The notes: generated from the letters alone by a model not told the origin. 64,000 nt of DNA from Bacteroidales bacterium (GCA_023228145.1 JALOBU010000002.1:134349-198348), one strand, 5' to 3'; positions 29,509-42,804 are shown, counted from the stretch's first letter. Program-made: numbers and translations.

Positions 29509-29820
29509 TTATGCTTGTGCTGTTGGCCCACCAAAAGTAAAAGGCAAAACATCAACGGGAGAATTGTCGTCAATTTTTCCAAAATTTTCTTCAAACTTCA
29601 AGATATTGTCCTTAAGTGCGTTCAGTAATCGTTTGGCATGTTGAGGAGTTAAAATAATACGGGATTTAACTTTAGCTTTGGGTATGCCCGGCATAATTTT
29701 AACAAAATCAACTATAAACTCTGAATGCGAATGTGTAATAACAGCGAGGTTTGAATATATGCCTTCGGCAATATCATCGGTCAATTCGATATTCAGTTTT
29801 TGTTCTTTTGGATTTTCCAT
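29509..29820 (-). CDS. DUF3467-family protein
   Basis: 103 aa. YSNLAVITHSHSEFIVDF...ILTPQHAKRLLNAL. It sits directly downstream of rpoC, the arrangement I recall as usual in Bacteroidota. Confidence 0.7.
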   Translation of the reverse strand: MENPKEQKLNIELTDDIAEGIYSNLAVITHSHSEFIVDFVKIMPGIPKAKVKSRIILTPQHAKRLLNALKDNILKFEENFGKIDDNSPVDVLPFTFGGPTAQA

Positions 29821-29859
29821 AATAATATTTTATCAAAACCTCACTTCAATGAAGTTTTA

Positions 29860-32800
29860 TTAATTATCCTTTGCAGTTATAATATCTTCCTTCTCTTTTG
29901 AAGCCATCAATTGTTCGTATTCTTCCTTGGTGCTGACCACAATTTTATCATATTCGCGCAATCCTGTTCCAGCAGGTATCAAGTGTCCGACAATTACATT
30001 TTCTTTCAGCCCATTCAAGTCATCAGATTTGCCATATACGGAAGCATCAGTGAGAACCTTTGTAGTTTCCTGAAATGATGCGGCAGAAATCCAGCTCTTT
30101 GTTTGCAGCGAAGCACGGGTAATACCCTGAAGTATTTGGCGGGCTGTAGCCGGTCGGGCATCTTTTGCGACAATCAGTTTCATATCCTTGCGTTTCAGAA
30201 TGGAATTTTCATCTCTGAGTTTGCGCGCTGCAATAATCTGTCCCGGTTTATAAACACCGGCTTCATCGGCTTCTAAAATAATTTTCTTACCATAAATCCA
30301 GTCGTTTTCTTCCTGGAAATCGATTTTATTTACCAGTTCGCCTTCGAGAAAACGTGTATCCCCCGGGTCTTCAATCTCAACTTTGCGCATCATCTGGCGT
30401 ACTACAACTTCAAAATGCTTGTCATTAATTTTCACTCCCTGCAGGCGGTACACTTCCTGAATTTCATTTACAATATACTCCTGAACCTTTGTAGGTCCCT
30501 TAATAGCAAGGATATCAGAGGGAGTGATAGCTCCGTCAGAAAGCGGTGTCCCGGCTTTCACATAATCGTTTTCCTGTGCCAGTATCTGTTTTGTCGTTGG
30601 GATTAGGTAACTTTTTGTTTCTCCTGTTTTTGATGTAATGATTATTTCTTTGTTGCCACGTTTAAGTTTTTTACCAAACGACACTATACCATCAATTTCA
30701 GAAACAACAGCCGGTTCGGAAGGATTACGTGCTTCAAACAATTCAGTAACACGAGGCAAGCCACCGGTGATATCACCGGCTTTTCCAATGGCCCGCGGGA
30801 TTTTGCAAAGTATTTCACCTGCAATGATTTTTGCACCTTCATTAACTTTAATATGTGCACCAACAGGCATGTCGTACTGTTTTATAACTTCCTTAGTTTT
30901 TTCATGAAGAATTTTCAAGGAGGGGTTTTTCCCTTTATGACGCGTTTCGATAATTACTTTATCATGATACCCTGTTTGCTCATCAGATTCTTCTCTGTAT
31001 GTGAGATTTTCAACGATATCTTCATAAATCACTTTACCGGAAACTTCGGATATGATAAGTGCATTATAAGGGTCCCAGTCACAAACAATATCTCCTTTAT
31101 GTACCTTATCTCCATTTTTAAGAAACAGATAAGCGCCATAAGGTATCTGATTTGATGATAAAACTGTTTTTGTATTGGCATCAATAATTTTCATTTCAGC
31201 AGAACGGCCTATCACCACATCATAAGACTTGCCTTCATCATCTGTATATTTAACAGAACGAAGCTCGTCTATCTCAAGCACTCCATCATATTTAGCTTCA
31301 ATTTTTGACAAGGAAGCAATATTAACACCTGCAACACCACCCACATGGAAGGTACGAAGTGTCAGCTGTGTTCCCGGCTCCCCGATTGATTGCGCAGCTA
31401 TAACTCCAACGGCTTCCCCTTTCTGCACAAGGGTGCCTGTGGCAAGGTTACGTCCATAACATTTTGCACAAACCCCCTGGTGTGATTCACAGGTTAATAC
31501 AGAACGAATTTCAACGGAATCAATTGGCGATTCATCAATAAATCTGCTGATTTCCTCTGTAAGCTCTTCTCCGGCACCTATGATAAGTTTCCCGGTTTGA
31601 GGGTGATAAATGTCGTGTAGTGTCACACGACCAAGAATGCGGTCATATAATGTTTCAACAATTTCTTCATTCTTTTTCAATGATGTAATGGTCAGACCTC
31701 TAAGGGTTCCACAATCACTTTCGGAAATAATAACATCCTGTGTAACATCCACCAACCTTCTCGTCAGATAACCGGCATCAGCTGTTTTTAGAGCAGTATC
31801 GGCAAGCCCTTTACGAGCACCGTGAGTAGAAATAAAATATTCCAATACAGACAAACCTTCGCGAAAATTAGACAGAATAGGGTTTTCAATAATTTCGCCA
31901 CCGGTAGCACCTGATTTTTGGGGTTTAGCCATAAGTCCCCTCATGCCGCATAACTGTCGAATCTGTTCTTTGGAACCACGTGCACCTGAATCCAGCATCA
32001 TGTAAACAGGATTGAAGCCTTGCATATGATTTGTCAATTGGCTCATTAATGTTTGAGTAAGCCGCGAATTAGTGTGAGTCCATACGTCAATAATCTGGTT
32101 GTATCTCTCATTGTTTGTAATGAACCCCATATTGTAATTTCCCTTAATTTCATCAACATCTTTTTCGGCCTTCTTTATCATGTCGGGTTTTACCTCGGGA
32201 ACAACCAGATCCCCCAGATTAAAAGATAAACCGCCCTTAAATGCCATTGTAAAGCCCAATTCTTTAATATCATCAAGAAACCGGGCAGTACGTGCAGTTC
32301 CGGCAATTTTTAAAATATCACTTATAATATCACGAAGTGATTTTTTTGTAAGCAATTGGTTAATATATCCATATCCTTTTGGAACAACCTGATTGAACAA
32401 TACCCTTCCAACTGTAGTTTCAATTTTTTTATTCACAATTTTACCATCTTCCTTTACATCTACTTTAACGTTAATGTAAGCATGTAAATCAACCTTTTGC
32501 TCATTATATGCAATAATAACTTCTTCCGGACCATAGAAAGTTTTTCCTTCGCCTTTTACTTTATGCTCAGGGATACTCCTACGCCCTTTTGTTGTATAAT
32601 AAAGTCCAAGTACCATATCCTGTGAAGGTACTGTAACAGGAGCGCCATTGGCGGGGTTTAAAATATTATGGGAAGCCAACATAAGTATTTGTGCTTCAAG
32701 AACTGCAGCATTTCCTAAAGGTACATGGACGGCCATCTGGTCACCGTCAAAGTCAGCGTTAAATGCCGTACAAACAAGAGGATGAAGCTGTATAGCCTTA

Positions 32801-34167
32801 CCTTCAATCATTTTTGGTTGAAAGGCCTGAATACCAAGTCGGTGCAGCGTTGGAGCACGGTTCAGCAATACAGGATGCCCTTTCATTACATTTTCTAAAA
32901 TGTCCCAAACCACAGGGTCTTTTCTGTCAACTATTTTCTTTGCTGATTTTACCGTTTTAACAATACCTCTTTCGAGCATCTTACGGATAATGAATGGCTT
33001 AAACAATTCAGAAGCCATTTCCTTGGGAATTCCGCACTCATTAAGTTTAAGTTCTGGACCTACCACAATAACCGAACGACCAGAATAGTCAACACGTTTA
33101 CCCAAAAGGTTTTGACGAAAACGACCCTGTTTTCCTTTCAAACTATCGCTGAGCGACTTAAGCGCTCTGTTGGATTCTGTTTTAACCGCTTTTGCCTTTC
33201 TGGAATTATCAAACAGTGAGTCAACGGCTTCCTGTAGCATACGCTTTTCATTACGAAGAATGACGTCAGGGGCTTTAATTTCAATAAGCCTTTTCAGGCG
33301 GTTGTTTCGAATAATAACCCTGCGATACAAATCATTAAGATCAGAAGTAGCAAACCTTCCGCCGTCAAGAGGGACTAAAGGACGGAGTTCGGGTGGTATA
33401 ACGGGAACCACCTTGACAATCATCCATCCTGGATTATTTTCAATTCGGGTGTTTGCTTCACGAAATGCTTCAACCACCTGCAATCTTTTTAGTGCATCCT
33501 GCTTGCGCTGTTGTGAGGTTTCTTTGTTAGCTTTGTCTCTTAATGTATAGGAAAGTTCATCAAGATTAAGGCGTACAAGCAAATCGTAAACCGCCTCAGC
33601 GCCCATTTTAGCTATAAATTTATTGGGGTCATTATCGTCAAGATATTGATTTTCTTTCGGAAGATTTTCAATGATTTCAAAATACTCTTCTTCTGTCAGA
33701 AAATCAAGATAGTTCAGGTTTTCCTTAATACCCGGGTTGATAACAACGTAACGTTCGTAGTAAATTATCATCTCGAGCTTTTTCGATGGCAACCCAAGTA
33801 ATGCGCCTATTTTATTTGGTAAGGAACGGAAAAACCAGATATGAGCAACGGGCACAGTAAGTTGGATATGGCCAACACGCTCTCTTCTCACTTTTTTTTC
33901 TGTAACTTCCACACCGCATCTGTCACATACTATTCCCTTATATCTTATGCGTTTATACTTGCCGCAATGGCACTCCCAATCCTTTACCGGCCCGAAAATG
34001 CGTTCACAAAACAAGCCGTCTCTTTCGGGCTTATAAGTTCTGTAATTAATAGTTTCGGGTTTCAGCACTTCTCCGCTCGAACGCTCAAGTATATGTTCAG
34101 GCGATGCCAGGCTGATAGTAATTTTAGAAAAATTTCCTTTGGTATTTAATTCTTTTCTAAAAGCCAT
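29860..34167 (-). CDS. rpoC: DNA-directed RNA polymerase subunit beta-prime
   Basis: 1435 aa. Zn-finger CHCGKY...CDRCGVEV and catalytic [12 protein letters not shown]. Confidence 0.98.
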   Translation of the reverse strand: MAFRKELNTKGNFSKITISLASPEHILERSSGEVLKPETINYRTYKPERDGLFCERIFGPVKDWECHCGKYKRIRYKGIVCDRCGVEVTEKKVRRERVGHIQLTVPVAHIWFFRSLPNKIGALLGLPSKKLEMIIYYERYVVINPGIKENLNYLDFLTEEEYFEIIENLPKENQYLDDNDPNKFIAKMGAEAVYDLLVRLNLDELSYTLRDKANKETSQQRKQDALKRLQVVEAFREANTRIENNPGWMIVKVVPVIPPELRPLVPLDGGRFATSDLNDLYRRVIIRNNRLKRLIEIKAPDVILRNEKRMLQEAVDSLFDNSRKAKAVKTESNRALKSLSDSLKGKQGRFRQNLLGKRVDYSGRSVIVVGPELKLNECGIPKEMASELFKPFIIRKMLERGIVKTVKSAKKIVDRKDPVVWDILENVMKGHPVLLNRAPTLHRLGIQAFQPKMIEGKAIQLHPLVCTAFNADFDGDQMAVHVPLGNAAVLEAQILMLASHNILNPANGAPVTVPSQDMVLGLYYTTKGRRSIPEHKVKGEGKTFYGPEEVIIAYNEQKVDLHAYINVKVDVKEDGKIVNKKIETTVGRVLFNQVVPKGYGYINQLLTKKSLRDIISDILKIAGTARTARFLDDIKELGFTMAFKGGLSFNLGDLVVPEVKPDMIKKAEKDVDEIKGNYNMGFITNNERYNQIIDVWTHTNSRLTQTLMSQLTNHMQGFNPVYMMLDSGARGSKEQIRQLCGMRGLMAKPQKSGATGGEIIENPILSNFREGLSVLEYFISTHGARKGLADTALKTADAGYLTRRLVDVTQDVIISESDCGTLRGLTITSLKKNEEIVETLYDRILGRVTLHDIYHPQTGKLIIGAGEELTEEISRFIDESPIDSVEIRSVLTCESHQGVCAKCYGRNLATGTLVQKGEAVGVIAAQSIGEPGTQLTLRTFHVGGVAGVNIASLSKIEAKYDGVLEIDELRSVKYTDDEGKSYDVVIGRSAEMKIIDANTKTVLSSNQIPYGAYLFLKNGDKVHKGDIVCDWDPYNALIISEVSGKVIYEDIVENLTYREESDEQTGYHDKVIIETRHKGKNPSLKILHEKTKEVIKQYDMPVGAHIKVNEGAKIIAGEILCKIPRAIGKAGDITGGLPRVTELFEARNPSEPAVVSEIDGIVSFGKKLKRGNKEIIITSKTGETKSYLIPTTKQILAQENDYVKAGTPLSDGAITPSDILAIKGPTKVQEYIVNEIQEVYRLQGVKINDKHFEVVVRQMMRKVEIEDPGDTRFLEGELVNKIDFQEENDWIYGKKIILEADEAGVYKPGQIIAARKLRDENSILKRKDMKLIVAKDARPATARQILQGITRASLQTKSWISAASFQETTKVLTDASVYGKSDDLNGLKENVIVGHLIPAGTGLREYDKIVVSTKEEYEQLMASKEKEDIITAKDN

Positions 34168-34209
34168 AATATTATATTTCTGATTCCATGATAAGGAACA
34201 ATTAAAAAA

Positions 34210-37200
34210 CTATTCTTCGAAAGTTATATTTAATCCCAAACCTCTCAGTTCATGTACTAACACATTGAAAGATTCCGGCACACCGGGTTTGGACATATTC
34301 TCACCTTTTACCAGCGATTCGTAAGCTCTGGCTCTTCCTGTAACATCATCGGATTTAATAGTAAGTATTTCCTGCAAGATGTTTGCAGCACCGAATGCTT
34401 CCAGTGCCCAAACTTCCATCTCTCCAAAACGTTGGCCTCCGAATTGTGCTTTACCTCCCAGTGGTTGTTGTGTAATAAGTGAATACGGACCAATAGAACG
34501 AGCATGCATTTTATCATCTACAAGGTGGTGTAATTTCATAATGTAAATCATGCCTACTGTTGCCGGCTGATGAAAACGCTCTCCTGTGCCGCCATCATAC
34601 AAATATATTTTTCCGTTTTCAGGCAGGCCAGCCTGTTTCATATACATATTAATGTCTTCCAGTGAGGCCCCATTAAATATAGGTGTTTCAAATGTCATTC
34701 CCAGCTTTTTACCGGCCCATCCAAGTACAGTTTCATAAATTTGACCAAGGTTCATACGTGAAGGTACACCAAGAGGGTTAAGAACCACATCAACAGGTGT
34801 CCCGTCATCAAGGAAAGGCATATCTTCATCACGAACGATACGTGCAACAATACCTTTGTTCCCGTGACGCCCGGCCATTTTATCACCCACTTTCAGTTTG
34901 CGTTTTTTTGCAATATATACTTTCGCCAGCTTCACAATTCCTGATGGCAGGTCATCTCCTACAGTTTCAATAAACTTATTCCTGTTATAAATACCAAGTA
35001 ATTCGCGGTATTTAATGGTATAATTATGCAACAGAAGCTTCACCTGTTCGTTTGTGTCTTTATCTGAAGTCCATTTTGTTGGGTTAATAACACTATAATC
35101 AAGTGCAAGCAACGATTTCTGAGTAAACTTGCCTTTTTTAGGGATGAGTTCAACTTTCAGATTATTATAAACTCCTTGAGATGTTTTGCCATCAAGAATT
35201 TTTAAAAGTTTTTCAACCAGTTTAACTTTTAGATTGTATGAAGATTTATTATACTGTTCTTCAAAATCCTTGAGTGTTTCTTTCTCTTTTGCCTTGTCTT
35301 TTTTATCACGGATAACACGTGAAAAAAGTTTTTTATCAATTACAACGCCCTTCATTGATGGTGGAGCTTTCAGAGAAGCATCTTTAACATCACCGGCTTT
35401 ATCACCGAAAATGGCTCTTAAGAGTTTCTCTTCCGGTGTAGGATCAGTTTCTCCTTTTGGGGTAATTTTGCCTATTAGAATATCGCCCTCATTAACTTCA
35501 GCCCCTATACGGATAATACCTTTTTCATCAAGATCTTTCGTAGCTTCCACACTGACATTAGGAATGTCGTTGGTAAGTTCTTCCATGCCACGTTTTGTTT
35601 CTCGAACTTCAAGAACAAACTCTTCAACATGGATGGAAGTAAAGATATCTTCACGAACAACTCTCTCTGAAATAACGATAGCATCTTCAAAATTATATCC
35701 TTTCCAGGGCATAAATGCCACTTTGAGATTACGTCCCAAGGCCAGTTCTCCTTTTTGTGTAGCATAACCTTCACAAAGGACATCTCCTTTTTTAACTTTT
35801 TGACCTTTGTGGACTATAGGTTTCAGGTTGACACAAGTATTCTGGTTTGTTTTAACAAACTTTGGCAGTGAGTAAGTTTTTACGTCTTCTTCAAAGCTTA
35901 CAAGTCGTTCTTTGTCTGAACGTTCGTATTCAATGACTATCTGAGTTGCATCCACAAATTTCACCACACCGTTGCCTTCTGCATTTATCAATACACGCGA
36001 ATCCTTAGCAACCTTGCCTTCAATCCCTGTTTGTACAATAGGAGCTTCAGGTACCATAAGGGGAACTGCCTGACGCATCATGTTTGAACCCATTAGAGCT
36101 CTGTTCGCGTCATCATGTTCTAGAAAGGGGATGAGGGATGCTGCAATAGATGCTATTTGATTGGGAGCAACATCAATAAGGTTGATATTTTCAGGCTCCA
36201 GAATAGGATAATCGGCCAGGTATCTTGCCTTTACCTGTTCCTGGGTAATTTTGCCTTTTTCATTGTATGGAGTGCTTGCCTGAGCAATAGTTTTATCTTC
36301 CTCTTCTTCAGCAGTAAGATATATGGGAGCTTCGTTTAATTTAACGACACCTTTTTCAACTATACTATAAGGTGTTTCAATAAAGCCCAGTTTGTTTACT
36401 TTAGCATAAATACATAAGGATGAAATAAGCCCGATATTGGGGCCTTCAGGTGTTTCAATAGTACATAAGCGGCCATAATGCGTGTAATGTACGTCACGAA
36501 CTTCAAACCCTGCTCTTTCTCTTGACAAACCTCCGGGACCCAAAGCAGAAACTCTTCTTTTATGTGTAAGTTCTGACAACGGGTTAGTCTGGTCCATAAA
36601 CTGTGAAAGCTGGTTCGTACCAAAAAACGTATTAATTACTGATGATAATGTTTTAGCATTAATCAGGTCAGCCGGAGTGAATACCTCATTGTCGCGAACA
36701 TTCATTCTTTCACGTATCGTGCGGGCCATACGTGCCAAGCCTACACCAAACTGTCCATACAATTGTTCTCCTACAGTACGAACTCTTCGATTACTAAGAT
36801 GGTCAATGTCGTCAACATCAGTTTTAAGATTCTGAAGTTCAACAAGATATTTTATTATTGAAATAATATCTTCTTTGGTAAGAACTTTTGTATCGATGTT
36901 GCTGGTAAAATTCAGTTTCTTATTAATCCTGTATCTACCAACATCACCAAGGTCATAACGCTTATCCGAAAAGAATAACTTATCAATGATTCCTCTGGCG
37001 GTATCTTCATCAGGTGGTTCGGCATTTCGTAAAAGGCGGTAAATAAATTCCACGGCTTCTTTTTCCGAATTGGCTGTATCTTTTTGAAGAGTGTTAAAAA
37101 TAATAGAATAATCCGTAGTATTTTCACCCTCACTATGCAACAATATTGCTTTAACGCCTGCATTAACAATAATGTCAATATGTTCATTCTCCAGCATTGT

Positions 37201-38019
37201 TTCCCTGTCAATAAGCACTTCGGTACGTTCGATAGAAACCACTTCCCCTGTGTCTTCATCCACAAAATCTTCAACCCATGTTCTGACAACCCTTGCCGCA
37301 AGCTTCCGTCCGATATTTTTTTTCAGTGTGGCCTTGTTAACCTTTATTTCCTCCGCCAGTTTGAAAATTTCCAGAATATCTTTATCGGATTCAAATCCGA
37401 TAGAACGTAATAAAGTAGTTACAGGCAATTTCTTTTTTCGGTCAATATAGGCATACATTACATTATTAATGTCGGTTGCAAACTCTATCCACGAGCCTTT
37501 AAAAGGAATAATACGTGCTGAATACAATGTTTGCCCGTTGGTATGCCTTGTTTTTCCAAAAAACACGCCGGGAGACCTGTGTAACTGAGATACAACGACT
37601 CTTTCTGCTCCATTGATGATGAAGGTACCTTTGGGAGTCATGTAGGGTATCATTCCGAGGTAAACATCCTGAATAATAGTTTCGAAATCTTCATGTTCCG
37701 GGTCGGTACAATACAGCTTCAGTTTTGCTTTAAGGGGCACACTAAAGGTAAGGCCTCTTTCAAGGCATTCTTCGATACCATATCTTGGAGGGTCAATAAA
37801 ATAATCAATAAATTCCAGAACAAAATTATTGCGTGCATCCGATATGGGAAAGTTTTCTGCGAAAACTTTAAATAAGCCCTCGTTTTGCCTGTTTTCAGGT
37901 GTTGTTTCTAATTGAAAAAAATCCTGAAACGACTTAACCTGAATATCGAGAAAATCCGGATATTCTGCATGGACTTTTGTGGATGCGAAATTGATTCGTT
38001 CAATTTTTTTTGAAGCCAA
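34210..38019 (-). CDS. rpoB: DNA-directed RNA polymerase subunit beta
   Basis: 1269 aa. N-terminal [26 protein letters not shown] and C-terminal [15 protein letters not shown]. It has an apparent TTG start at 38019. Confidence 0.98.
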   Translation of the reverse strand: MASKKIERINFASTKVHAEYPDFLDIQVKSFQDFFQLETTPENRQNEGLFKVFAENFPISDARNNFVLEFIDYFIDPPRYGIEECLERGLTFSVPLKAKLKLYCTDPEHEDFETIIQDVYLGMIPYMTPKGTFIINGAERVVVSQLHRSPGVFFGKTRHTNGQTLYSARIIPFKGSWIEFATDINNVMYAYIDRKKKLPVTTLLRSIGFESDKDILEIFKLAEEIKVNKATLKKNIGRKLAARVVRTWVEDFVDEDTGEVVSIERTEVLIDRETMLENEHIDIIVNAGVKAILLHSEGENTTDYSIIFNTLQKDTANSEKEAVEFIYRLLRNAEPPDEDTARGIIDKLFFSDKRYDLGDVGRYRINKKLNFTSNIDTKVLTKEDIISIIKYLVELQNLKTDVDDIDHLSNRRVRTVGEQLYGQFGVGLARMARTIRERMNVRDNEVFTPADLINAKTLSSVINTFFGTNQLSQFMDQTNPLSELTHKRRVSALGPGGLSRERAGFEVRDVHYTHYGRLCTIETPEGPNIGLISSLCIYAKVNKLGFIETPYSIVEKGVVKLNEAPIYLTAEEEEDKTIAQASTPYNEKGKITQEQVKARYLADYPILEPENINLIDVAPNQIASIAASLIPFLEHDDANRALMGSNMMRQAVPLMVPEAPIVQTGIEGKVAKDSRVLINAEGNGVVKFVDATQIVIEYERSDKERLVSFEEDVKTYSLPKFVKTNQNTCVNLKPIVHKGQKVKKGDVLCEGYATQKGELALGRNLKVAFMPWKGYNFEDAIVISERVVREDIFTSIHVEEFVLEVRETKRGMEELTNDIPNVSVEATKDLDEKGIIRIGAEVNEGDILIGKITPKGETDPTPEEKLLRAIFGDKAGDVKDASLKAPPSMKGVVIDKKLFSRVIRDKKDKAKEKETLKDFEEQYNKSSYNLKVKLVEKLLKILDGKTSQGVYNNLKVELIPKKGKFTQKSLLALDYSVINPTKWTSDKDTNEQVKLLLHNYTIKYRELLGIYNRNKFIETVGDDLPSGIVKLAKVYIAKKRKLKVGDKMAGRHGNKGIVARIVRDEDMPFLDDGTPVDVVLNPLGVPSRMNLGQIYETVLGWAGKKLGMTFETPIFNGASLEDINMYMKQAGLPENGKIYLYDGGTGERFHQPATVGMIYIMKLHHLVDDKMHARSIGPYSLITQQPLGGKAQFGGQRFGEMEVWALEAFGAANILQEILTIKSDDVTGRARAYESLVKGENMSKPGVPESFNVLVHELRGLGLNITFEE

Positions 38020-38059
38020 AGTTGTAAGGTTTTAAGTTTAGAAAATATGAAATGAACGC

Positions 38060-38101
38060 TAAAAAATAACAATGCTCAGACACCTTAGGTTGGGTGTCTG
38101 A
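38060..38101 (-). terminator. Hairpin (partial terminator/attenuator) between rplL and rpoB
   Basis: 9-bp stem TCAGACACC (38076-38084) / GGTGTCTGA (38093-38101). On the minus strand it is followed by GCATTGTTATTTTTT. Confidence 0.55.
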
Positions 38102-38124
38102 ACAATCTTTAATCAATGTTTCCT

Positions 38125-38511
38125 TTACTTAATTTCAACTTCAGCGCCTGCCTCCTCTAACTGTGTTTTCAATGCGTTAGCTTCGTCTTTGCTTACACCT
38201 TCTTTTATAGCTTTTGGTGCTGCATCAACAAGTTCTTTTGCTTCTTTCAATCCCAGGCTGGTCATTTCCTTAACCAGTTTTACTACGCCTAATTTGGCCT
38301 GTCCGGCTGACTTTAAGATCACATCAAAACGTGATTTTTCTTCGGGTTCAGCGCCGCCGTCAGCAGCACTACCACCTGCTGCAGGTGCAGCCACCACTGC
38401 TGCTGCTGCGGGTTCTATTCCATATTCTTCTTTTAAAATTTTAGCTAATTCATTAACCTCTTTAACGGTAAGGTTAACTAACTGTTCTGCAAAAGCTTTT
38501 AAATCTGCCAT
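38125..38511 (-). CDS. rplL: 50S ribosomal protein L7/L12
   Basis: Ala-rich hinge, C-terminal LKEAKELVD...EAGAEVEIK. Confidence 0.97.
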   Translation of the reverse strand: MADLKAFAEQLVNLTVKEVNELAKILKEEYGIEPAAAAVVAAPAAGGSAADGGAEPEEKSRFDVILKSAGQAKLGVVKLVKEMTSLGLKEAKELVDAAPKAIKEGVSKDEANALKTQLEEAGAEVEIK

Positions 38512-38553
38512 TTTATTTAAGTTTTAAGTGTTCTACAATTAATTTTTAATGTT

Positions 38554-39081
38554 CTACTCAGGTTTTTCTGATAATGTTTTTACGATACCTGAAATCGTTT
38601 GTCCACCGGATTGCAATGCCCCAATAACATTTCTTACGGGTGATTGCAGTAATCCAATGATTTCTCCGATAAGCTCATTTTTAGATTTAAGGGCTACCAG
38701 CAAACTCAGCTGGTCGTTTCCTATATAGGTCGATTCCTCAATAAATGCTGCCTTTAAAACAGGTTTTTCCATTTTAAAGGTTTTTCTAAACTCGGCAATC
38801 AACTTAGCCGGCACATTAGCTGCTTCGCACACCATAATTGAAGTGCCGCCTTTAAGCACCGGATATAGTTCCTCAAAATCTCTCTCTGTTTTCTCCATCG
38901 CCTTTTTCAGCAATGTATTTTTTACAACCGTGAGCTTGATGTTGCGTTTAAAACATAAACGACGTAATTCGTTAGTTTTTTCAACATTCAAATCGGAAAT
39001 ATCAGTAATATAAAAGTTATTGGCAGCTTTAAGTTGCTGGCTCAAAACTTCAATAACCTGTTCTTTTTCATCTTTTTTCAT
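38554..39081 (-). CDS. rplJ: 50S ribosomal protein L10
   Basis: 175 aa, positioned between rplA and rplL, with an L10-like sequence. Confidence 0.93.
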   Translation of the reverse strand: MKKDEKEQVIEVLSQQLKAANNFYITDISDLNVEKTNELRRLCFKRNIKLTVVKNTLLKKAMEKTERDFEELYPVLKGGTSIMVCEAANVPAKLIAEFRKTFKMEKPVLKAAFIEESTYIGNDQLSLLVALKSKNELIGEIIGLLQSPVRNVIGALQSGGQTISGIVKTLSEKPE

Positions 39082-39110
39082 ATATTTCAGATTATTTCCT
39101 TATTAAATTA

Positions 39111-39803
39111 TTATATGATAGATTTCGTATCGATTTGTATGCCGGGACTCATAGTAGAAGACATGTAAACGCTTTTAATGTAAGTCCCTTTTGCAGAGGA
39201 CGGTTTCAAGCGGACAATGGTCTGGAGTATTTCCCTGGCATTGTCAGCAATTTTATTGCTCTCGAACGAAACCTTAGCAATACCTGCGTGGATAATTCCG
39301 TATTTATCAACTTTAAAATCAATTTTACCGGCTTTAATCTCTTTTACAGCCTTCCCGATATCCATAGTAACTGTGCCTGATTTTGGATTCGGCATTAGCC
39401 CCCTGGGCCCGAGTATTCGTCCCAGAGCACCAACTTTAGGCATGACACTAGGCATTGTAATGATAACATCAATATCTGTCCACCCTTCCTTTATCTTATT
39501 GATATACTCATCCAGTCCATAGTAATCCGCTCCGGCATTTTTTGCTTCTTCTTCCTTATCGGGAGTGCATAATACCAAAACACGAATAACCTTTCCTGTT
39601 CCATGAGGTAAGGTAACTATACCACGAACCATCTGGTCGGCTTTACGCGGGTCAACACCCAAACGTACGTCAATATCCACGGAGGAATCGAACTTGGTGT
39701 AACTTATTTTTCTCACCAGTTCAGCAGCTTCTTCCAATGAAACTGCTTTGTTCTTATCAACCAGCGCAAGCGATTCTTTTCTTTTCTTCGTTATTTTTGC
39801 CAT
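39111..39803 (-). CDS. rplA: 50S ribosomal protein L1
   Basis: [12 protein letters not shown] and [15 protein letters not shown]. Confidence 0.97.
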   Translation of the reverse strand: MAKITKKRKESLALVDKNKAVSLEEAAELVRKISYTKFDSSVDIDVRLGVDPRKADQMVRGIVTLPHGTGKVIRVLVLCTPDKEEEAKNAGADYYGLDEYINKIKEGWTDIDVIITMPSVMPKVGALGRILGPRGLMPNPKSGTVTMDIGKAVKEIKAGKIDFKVDKYGIIHAGIAKVSFESNKIADNAREILQTIVRLKPSSAKGTYIKSVYMSSTMSPGIQIDTKSII

Positions 39804-39828
39804 TTTTCAAAAGTTAAAAAGTTTACTC

Positions 39829-40272
39829 TTATAAAGCAAATGGTGGGTTTCCCTGAATAGATATTCCCATGCTGCGTGCAGTACCTGCTACCATTTTCAT
39901 TGCCGACTCAACCGTAAAAGCATTCATGTCAACCATTTTAGCTTCAGCAATTGACTTCACTTGTTCCCAGGTGATAGAGCTGATTTTATTCCTGTTGGGT
40001 TCGGCTGAACCTTTTTGTTTCTTCACAATTTCAAGAAGCTGTACTGCTACAGGAGGAGTTTTAATAATAAAATCAAAGGATTTGTCCTTGTAAACAGTGA
40101 TGATTGCAGGAATCAGTTTCCCTGCCATATCCTGTGTACGAGCATTGAACTGTTTGCAGAACTCCATAATATTTACACCTTTAGCTCCTAATGCAGGGCC
40201 TACAGGTGGTGATGGGTTGGCTGCGCCTCCTTTGATTTGCAGTTTAATAATTCCGCTTACTTCTTTAGCCAT
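39829..40272 (-). CDS. rplK: 50S ribosomal protein L11
   Basis: [20 protein letters not shown]. Confidence 0.97.
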   Translation of the reverse strand: MAKEVSGIIKLQIKGGAANPSPPVGPALGAKGVNIMEFCKQFNARTQDMAGKLIPAIITVYKDKSFDFIIKTPPVAVQLLEIVKKQKGSAEPNRNKISSITWEQVKSIAEAKMVDMNAFTVESAMKMVAGTARSMGISIQGNPPFAL

Positions 40273-40307
40273 TTTTCTTTATTTTATCAAAATAAAACAA
40301 TAGTACC

Positions 40308-40850
40308 TCATTCTTTTTCGACCTGCATAAAACTTAATTCGAGCGGTGTTTTTCTTCCGAATATCTTCACCATAACCTTCAATTTTTTCTTTTCTTCATT
40401 TACCTCTTCTATCACGCCGCTGAAACTGTTAAAAGGGCCGTCAATCACCCGTACTGATTCTCCTACAATAAAGGGTTCGCTGATTTCCTCTCCTTTTTCC
40501 GATAGTTCATCAACTTTTCCCAATATTCTGTTTACTTCCGACATGCGCATGGGTATGGGTTCGCCTTTGGAACCCAGGAAGCCTAATACCCCGGACACAT
40601 TCTTGATGACATGAACTACTTCGCCAACTAGGGCTGCTTCAATAAGCACATAACCAGGGAAAAAATTTCTTTCTTTACTGATTTTTTTTCCTTTTCTGAC
40701 CTGGTATACTTTTTCGGTTGGTATCAACACCTGTGTAACATAGTCTTTAAGATTTTGATGATTGATCTCACTTTCAATCAGTTCCTTAATCTTTTTTTCC
40801 TTGCCACTTATCGCTTTGACAACATACCATTTTTTAACTTGTTCACTCAT
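40308..40850 (-). CDS. nusG: Transcription termination/antitermination factor NusG
   Basis: NGN domain [17 protein letters not shown] domain [14 protein letters not shown]. Confidence 0.95.
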   Translation of the reverse strand: MSEQVKKWYVVKAISGKEKKIKELIESEINHQNLKDYVTQVLIPTEKVYQVRKGKKISKERNFFPGYVLIEAALVGEVVHVIKNVSGVLGFLGSKGEPIPMRMSEVNRILGKVDELSEKGEEISEPFIVGESVRVIDGPFNSFSGVIEEVNEEKKKLKVMVKIFGRKTPLELSFMQVEKE

Positions 40851-40914
40851 AAATCATTCGCTTCTGGGAGAATTTTCTGAATAATTGAAAGAACAACGAT
40901 ACTGATTAATAAAA

Positions 40915-41106
40915 CTAAAACAAGTGGTAAAACTGTTTTAGTAAAGTGCCTATTATTAAATCCATCAGATAAACCACCAAGGCGATTATTAGGGAAGCAA
41001 TGGAAACAACAATGGCACTGCTTTGTAACTCACGCCATGTAGGCCATGAGACTTTATGAACCAATTCGTCGTAACTTTCTTTAATATAATTTTTTATTTT
41101 TTTCAT
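40915..41106 (-). CDS. secE: Preprotein translocase subunit SecE
   Basis: 63 aa from ATG 41106 (MKKIKNYIKES...) with a single C-terminal TM helix. The track start at 41127 would overlap tRNA-Trp. Confidence 0.85.
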   Translation of the reverse strand: MKKIKNYIKESYDELVHKVSWPTWRELQSSAIVVSIASLIIALVVYLMDLIIGTLLKQFYHLF

Positions 41107-41124
41107 AATTTCAAGCTGATGTTG

Positions 41125-41197
41125 CACGGGTGGTAGGAGTCGAACCCACAGCCTACGGTTTTGGAGACCGCCACTCTACCAATTGAGCTACACCCGT
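41125..41197 (-). tRNA. trnW: tRNA-Trp (anticodon CCA)
   Basis: Cloverleaf folded by hand. Acceptor ACGGGTG/CACCCGT, anticodon loop CTCCAAA, T-loop TTCGACT. Confidence 0.92.
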
Positions 41198-41274
41198 TTA
41201 AATTCACATAACAAGCTTTGCATGACAATTCATGTTACCCTGAATTTTTCAGCATAACATATTGTTTTTTAATT

Positions 41275-42462
41275 TTAATCCAGAATTTCAATTACTTGCC
41301 CAGCTCCTACTGTTCTTCCTCCTTCACGAATAGCAAAGTGCAGATTGAGGTTCATGGCGATTTCCGAAATTAATTTCACTTCAATATCAAGGTTATCCCC
41401 GGGCAATACCATTTCCACACCGTTGATAAGATTAACTTCTCCGGTAACGTCAGTAGTTCTGAAATAAAACTGCGGGCGGTATTTGTTATGGAAAGGTGTA
41501 TGACGCCCTCCTTCTTCCTTTTTCAGAATATAAACTTTAGCCTTGAAATGTTTATGAGGTTTCACTGAACCGGGTTTTGCAACAACCATACCGCGGCAAA
41601 TCTGATCCTTATCAATACCTCTGAGCAACAGACCGGTATTGTCGCCGGCTTCACCCCTGTCAAGAATTTTGCGGAACATTTCCACACCTGTAACCACTGA
41701 TTTCATCTTTTCAGCACCAAGGCCGATGATTTCAACAGGGTCGCCTGAGTTGATAACTCCTGTTTCAACTCTTCCGGTTGCAACGGTACCGCGGCCGGTA
41801 ATAGAAAATACGTCTTCAACGGGCATAAGGAAATCCTTGTCTATTTCACGGGGAGGTAATGGTATATAACTGTCGCAAGCGTCCATAAGTTCCACAACTT
41901 TATCAACCCATTTAGGTTCCAGGTTTAATCCGCCTAATGCAGAGCCTCTGATAACGGGAGTATTTTCACCGTCAAATCCGTAGAATGTAAGCCTGTCTCT
42001 GATTTCCATTTCCACGATTTCCAAAAGTTCTTCGTCATCAACAAGGTCAACTTTGTTCATGAAAACAACAATCTTTGGAACACCAACCTGGCGTGCCAAC
42101 AGAATATGTTCATTGGTCTGAGGCATAGGGCCATCAGTAGCAGCAACAACAAGGATTGCGCCGTCCATCTGGGCAGCACCGGTAACCATGTTTTTAATAT
42201 AGTCGGCATGTCCGGGGCAGTCAACGTGAGCATAATGCCTGTTAGCTGTTGTATACTCAATATGAGAGGTATTAATGGTAATACCTCTTTCTTTTTCTTC
42301 AGGAGCATTGTCGATTGAATCAAATGATCTGAATTCTGACCAGCCTTTTTGCGACAGTACCAGAGTGATAGCTGCGGTTAAGGTAGTCTTACCATGGTCG
42401 ATGTGACCTATTGTCCCAATGTTCACGTGGGGTTTGGAACGATCGTACTTTTCTTTTGCCAT
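41275..42462 (-). CDS. tuf: Elongation factor Tu
   Basis: [17 protein letters not shown] and NKVD. 395 aa. Confidence 0.98.
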   Translation of the reverse strand: MAKEKYDRSKPHVNIGTIGHIDHGKTTLTAAITLVLSQKGWSEFRSFDSIDNAPEEKERGITINTSHIEYTTANRHYAHVDCPGHADYIKNMVTGAAQMDGAILVVAATDGPMPQTNEHILLARQVGVPKIVVFMNKVDLVDDEELLEIVEMEIRDRLTFYGFDGENTPVIRGSALGGLNLEPKWVDKVVELMDACDSYIPLPPREIDKDFLMPVEDVFSITGRGTVATGRVETGVINSGDPVEIIGLGAEKMKSVVTGVEMFRKILDRGEAGDNTGLLLRGIDKDQICRGMVVAKPGSVKPHKHFKAKVYILKKEEGGRHTPFHNKYRPQFYFRTTDVTGEVNLINGVEMVLPGDNLDIEVKLISEIAMNLNLHFAIREGGRTVGAGQVIEILD

Positions 42463-42523
42463 TTTAATTTAAGTTTGTTAGGTGATTATAATTTATTTTC
42501 TGATTGATTATTATTCTTTGTAG

Positions 42524-42595
42524 AGCCATTGACGAGAATTGAACTCGTGACCCCTTCCTTACCAAGGAAGTGCTCTACCCCTGAGCTACAACGGC
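42524..42595 (-). tRNA. trnT: tRNA-Thr (anticodon GGT)
   Basis: Acceptor GCCGTTG/CAATGGC, anticodon stem-loop CTTCC-TTGGTAA-GGAAG, T-loop TTCAATT. Confidence 0.92.
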
Positions 42596-42600
42596 TAGTC

Positions 42601-42676
42601 TGGAGCGGAAGACGGGGCTCGAACCCGTCACCTATAGCTTGGAAGGCTATCGCTCTACCAAATGAGCTACTTCCGC
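42601..42676 (-). tRNA. trnG: tRNA-Gly (anticodon TCC), CCA encoded
   Basis: Acceptor GCGGAAG/CTTCCGC, anticodon stem-loop ATAGC-CTTCCAA-GCTAT, T-loop TTCGAGC, 3-prime TCCA. Confidence 0.92.
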
Positions 42677-42698
42677 ATGTTGAAAAACAATTTAGTAT

Positions 42699-42783
42699 TG
42701 GTGGGGAGAGGAGGAATCGAACCTCCGAAGGCATTGCCAACAGATTTACAGTCTGCCCCATTTGACCGCTCTGGAATCTCCCC
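42699..42783 (-). tRNA. trnY: tRNA-Tyr (anticodon GTA), long variable arm, CCA encoded
   Basis: Acceptor GGGGAGA/TCTCCCC, anticodon loop CTGTAAA, variable arm TGGCAATGCCTTC, T-loop TTCGATT. Confidence 0.92.
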
Positions 42784-42804
42784 AAATACGCTTCAAAGAA
42801 CGTG

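Noticed and set aside
29860-38019. Numerous 60-190-aa antisense and alternative-frame ORFs inside rpoB and rpoC (for example 35186-35767, 33170-33550, 36912-37301)
   Set aside because: They are fully embedded in highly conserved essential genes, have low-complexity Ser/Leu/Ile-rich translations, and have no independent start context.
38189-38527. 112-aa plus-strand ORF antisense to rplL
   Set aside because: It is a mirror of the Ala-rich L7/L12 hinge (the antisense reading also gives Ala/Ser runs). rplL is unambiguous on the minus strand.
41107-41127. GTG start for secE at 41127
   Set aside because: It would overlap tRNA-Trp (41125-41197). The ATG at 41106 gives a normal-length 63-aa SecE.
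42486-42785. ORFs 42486-42785 (minus) and 42529-42765 (plus)
   Set aside because: They lie entirely over three hand-folded tRNA genes (Thr, Gly, Tyr), so they are not coding.
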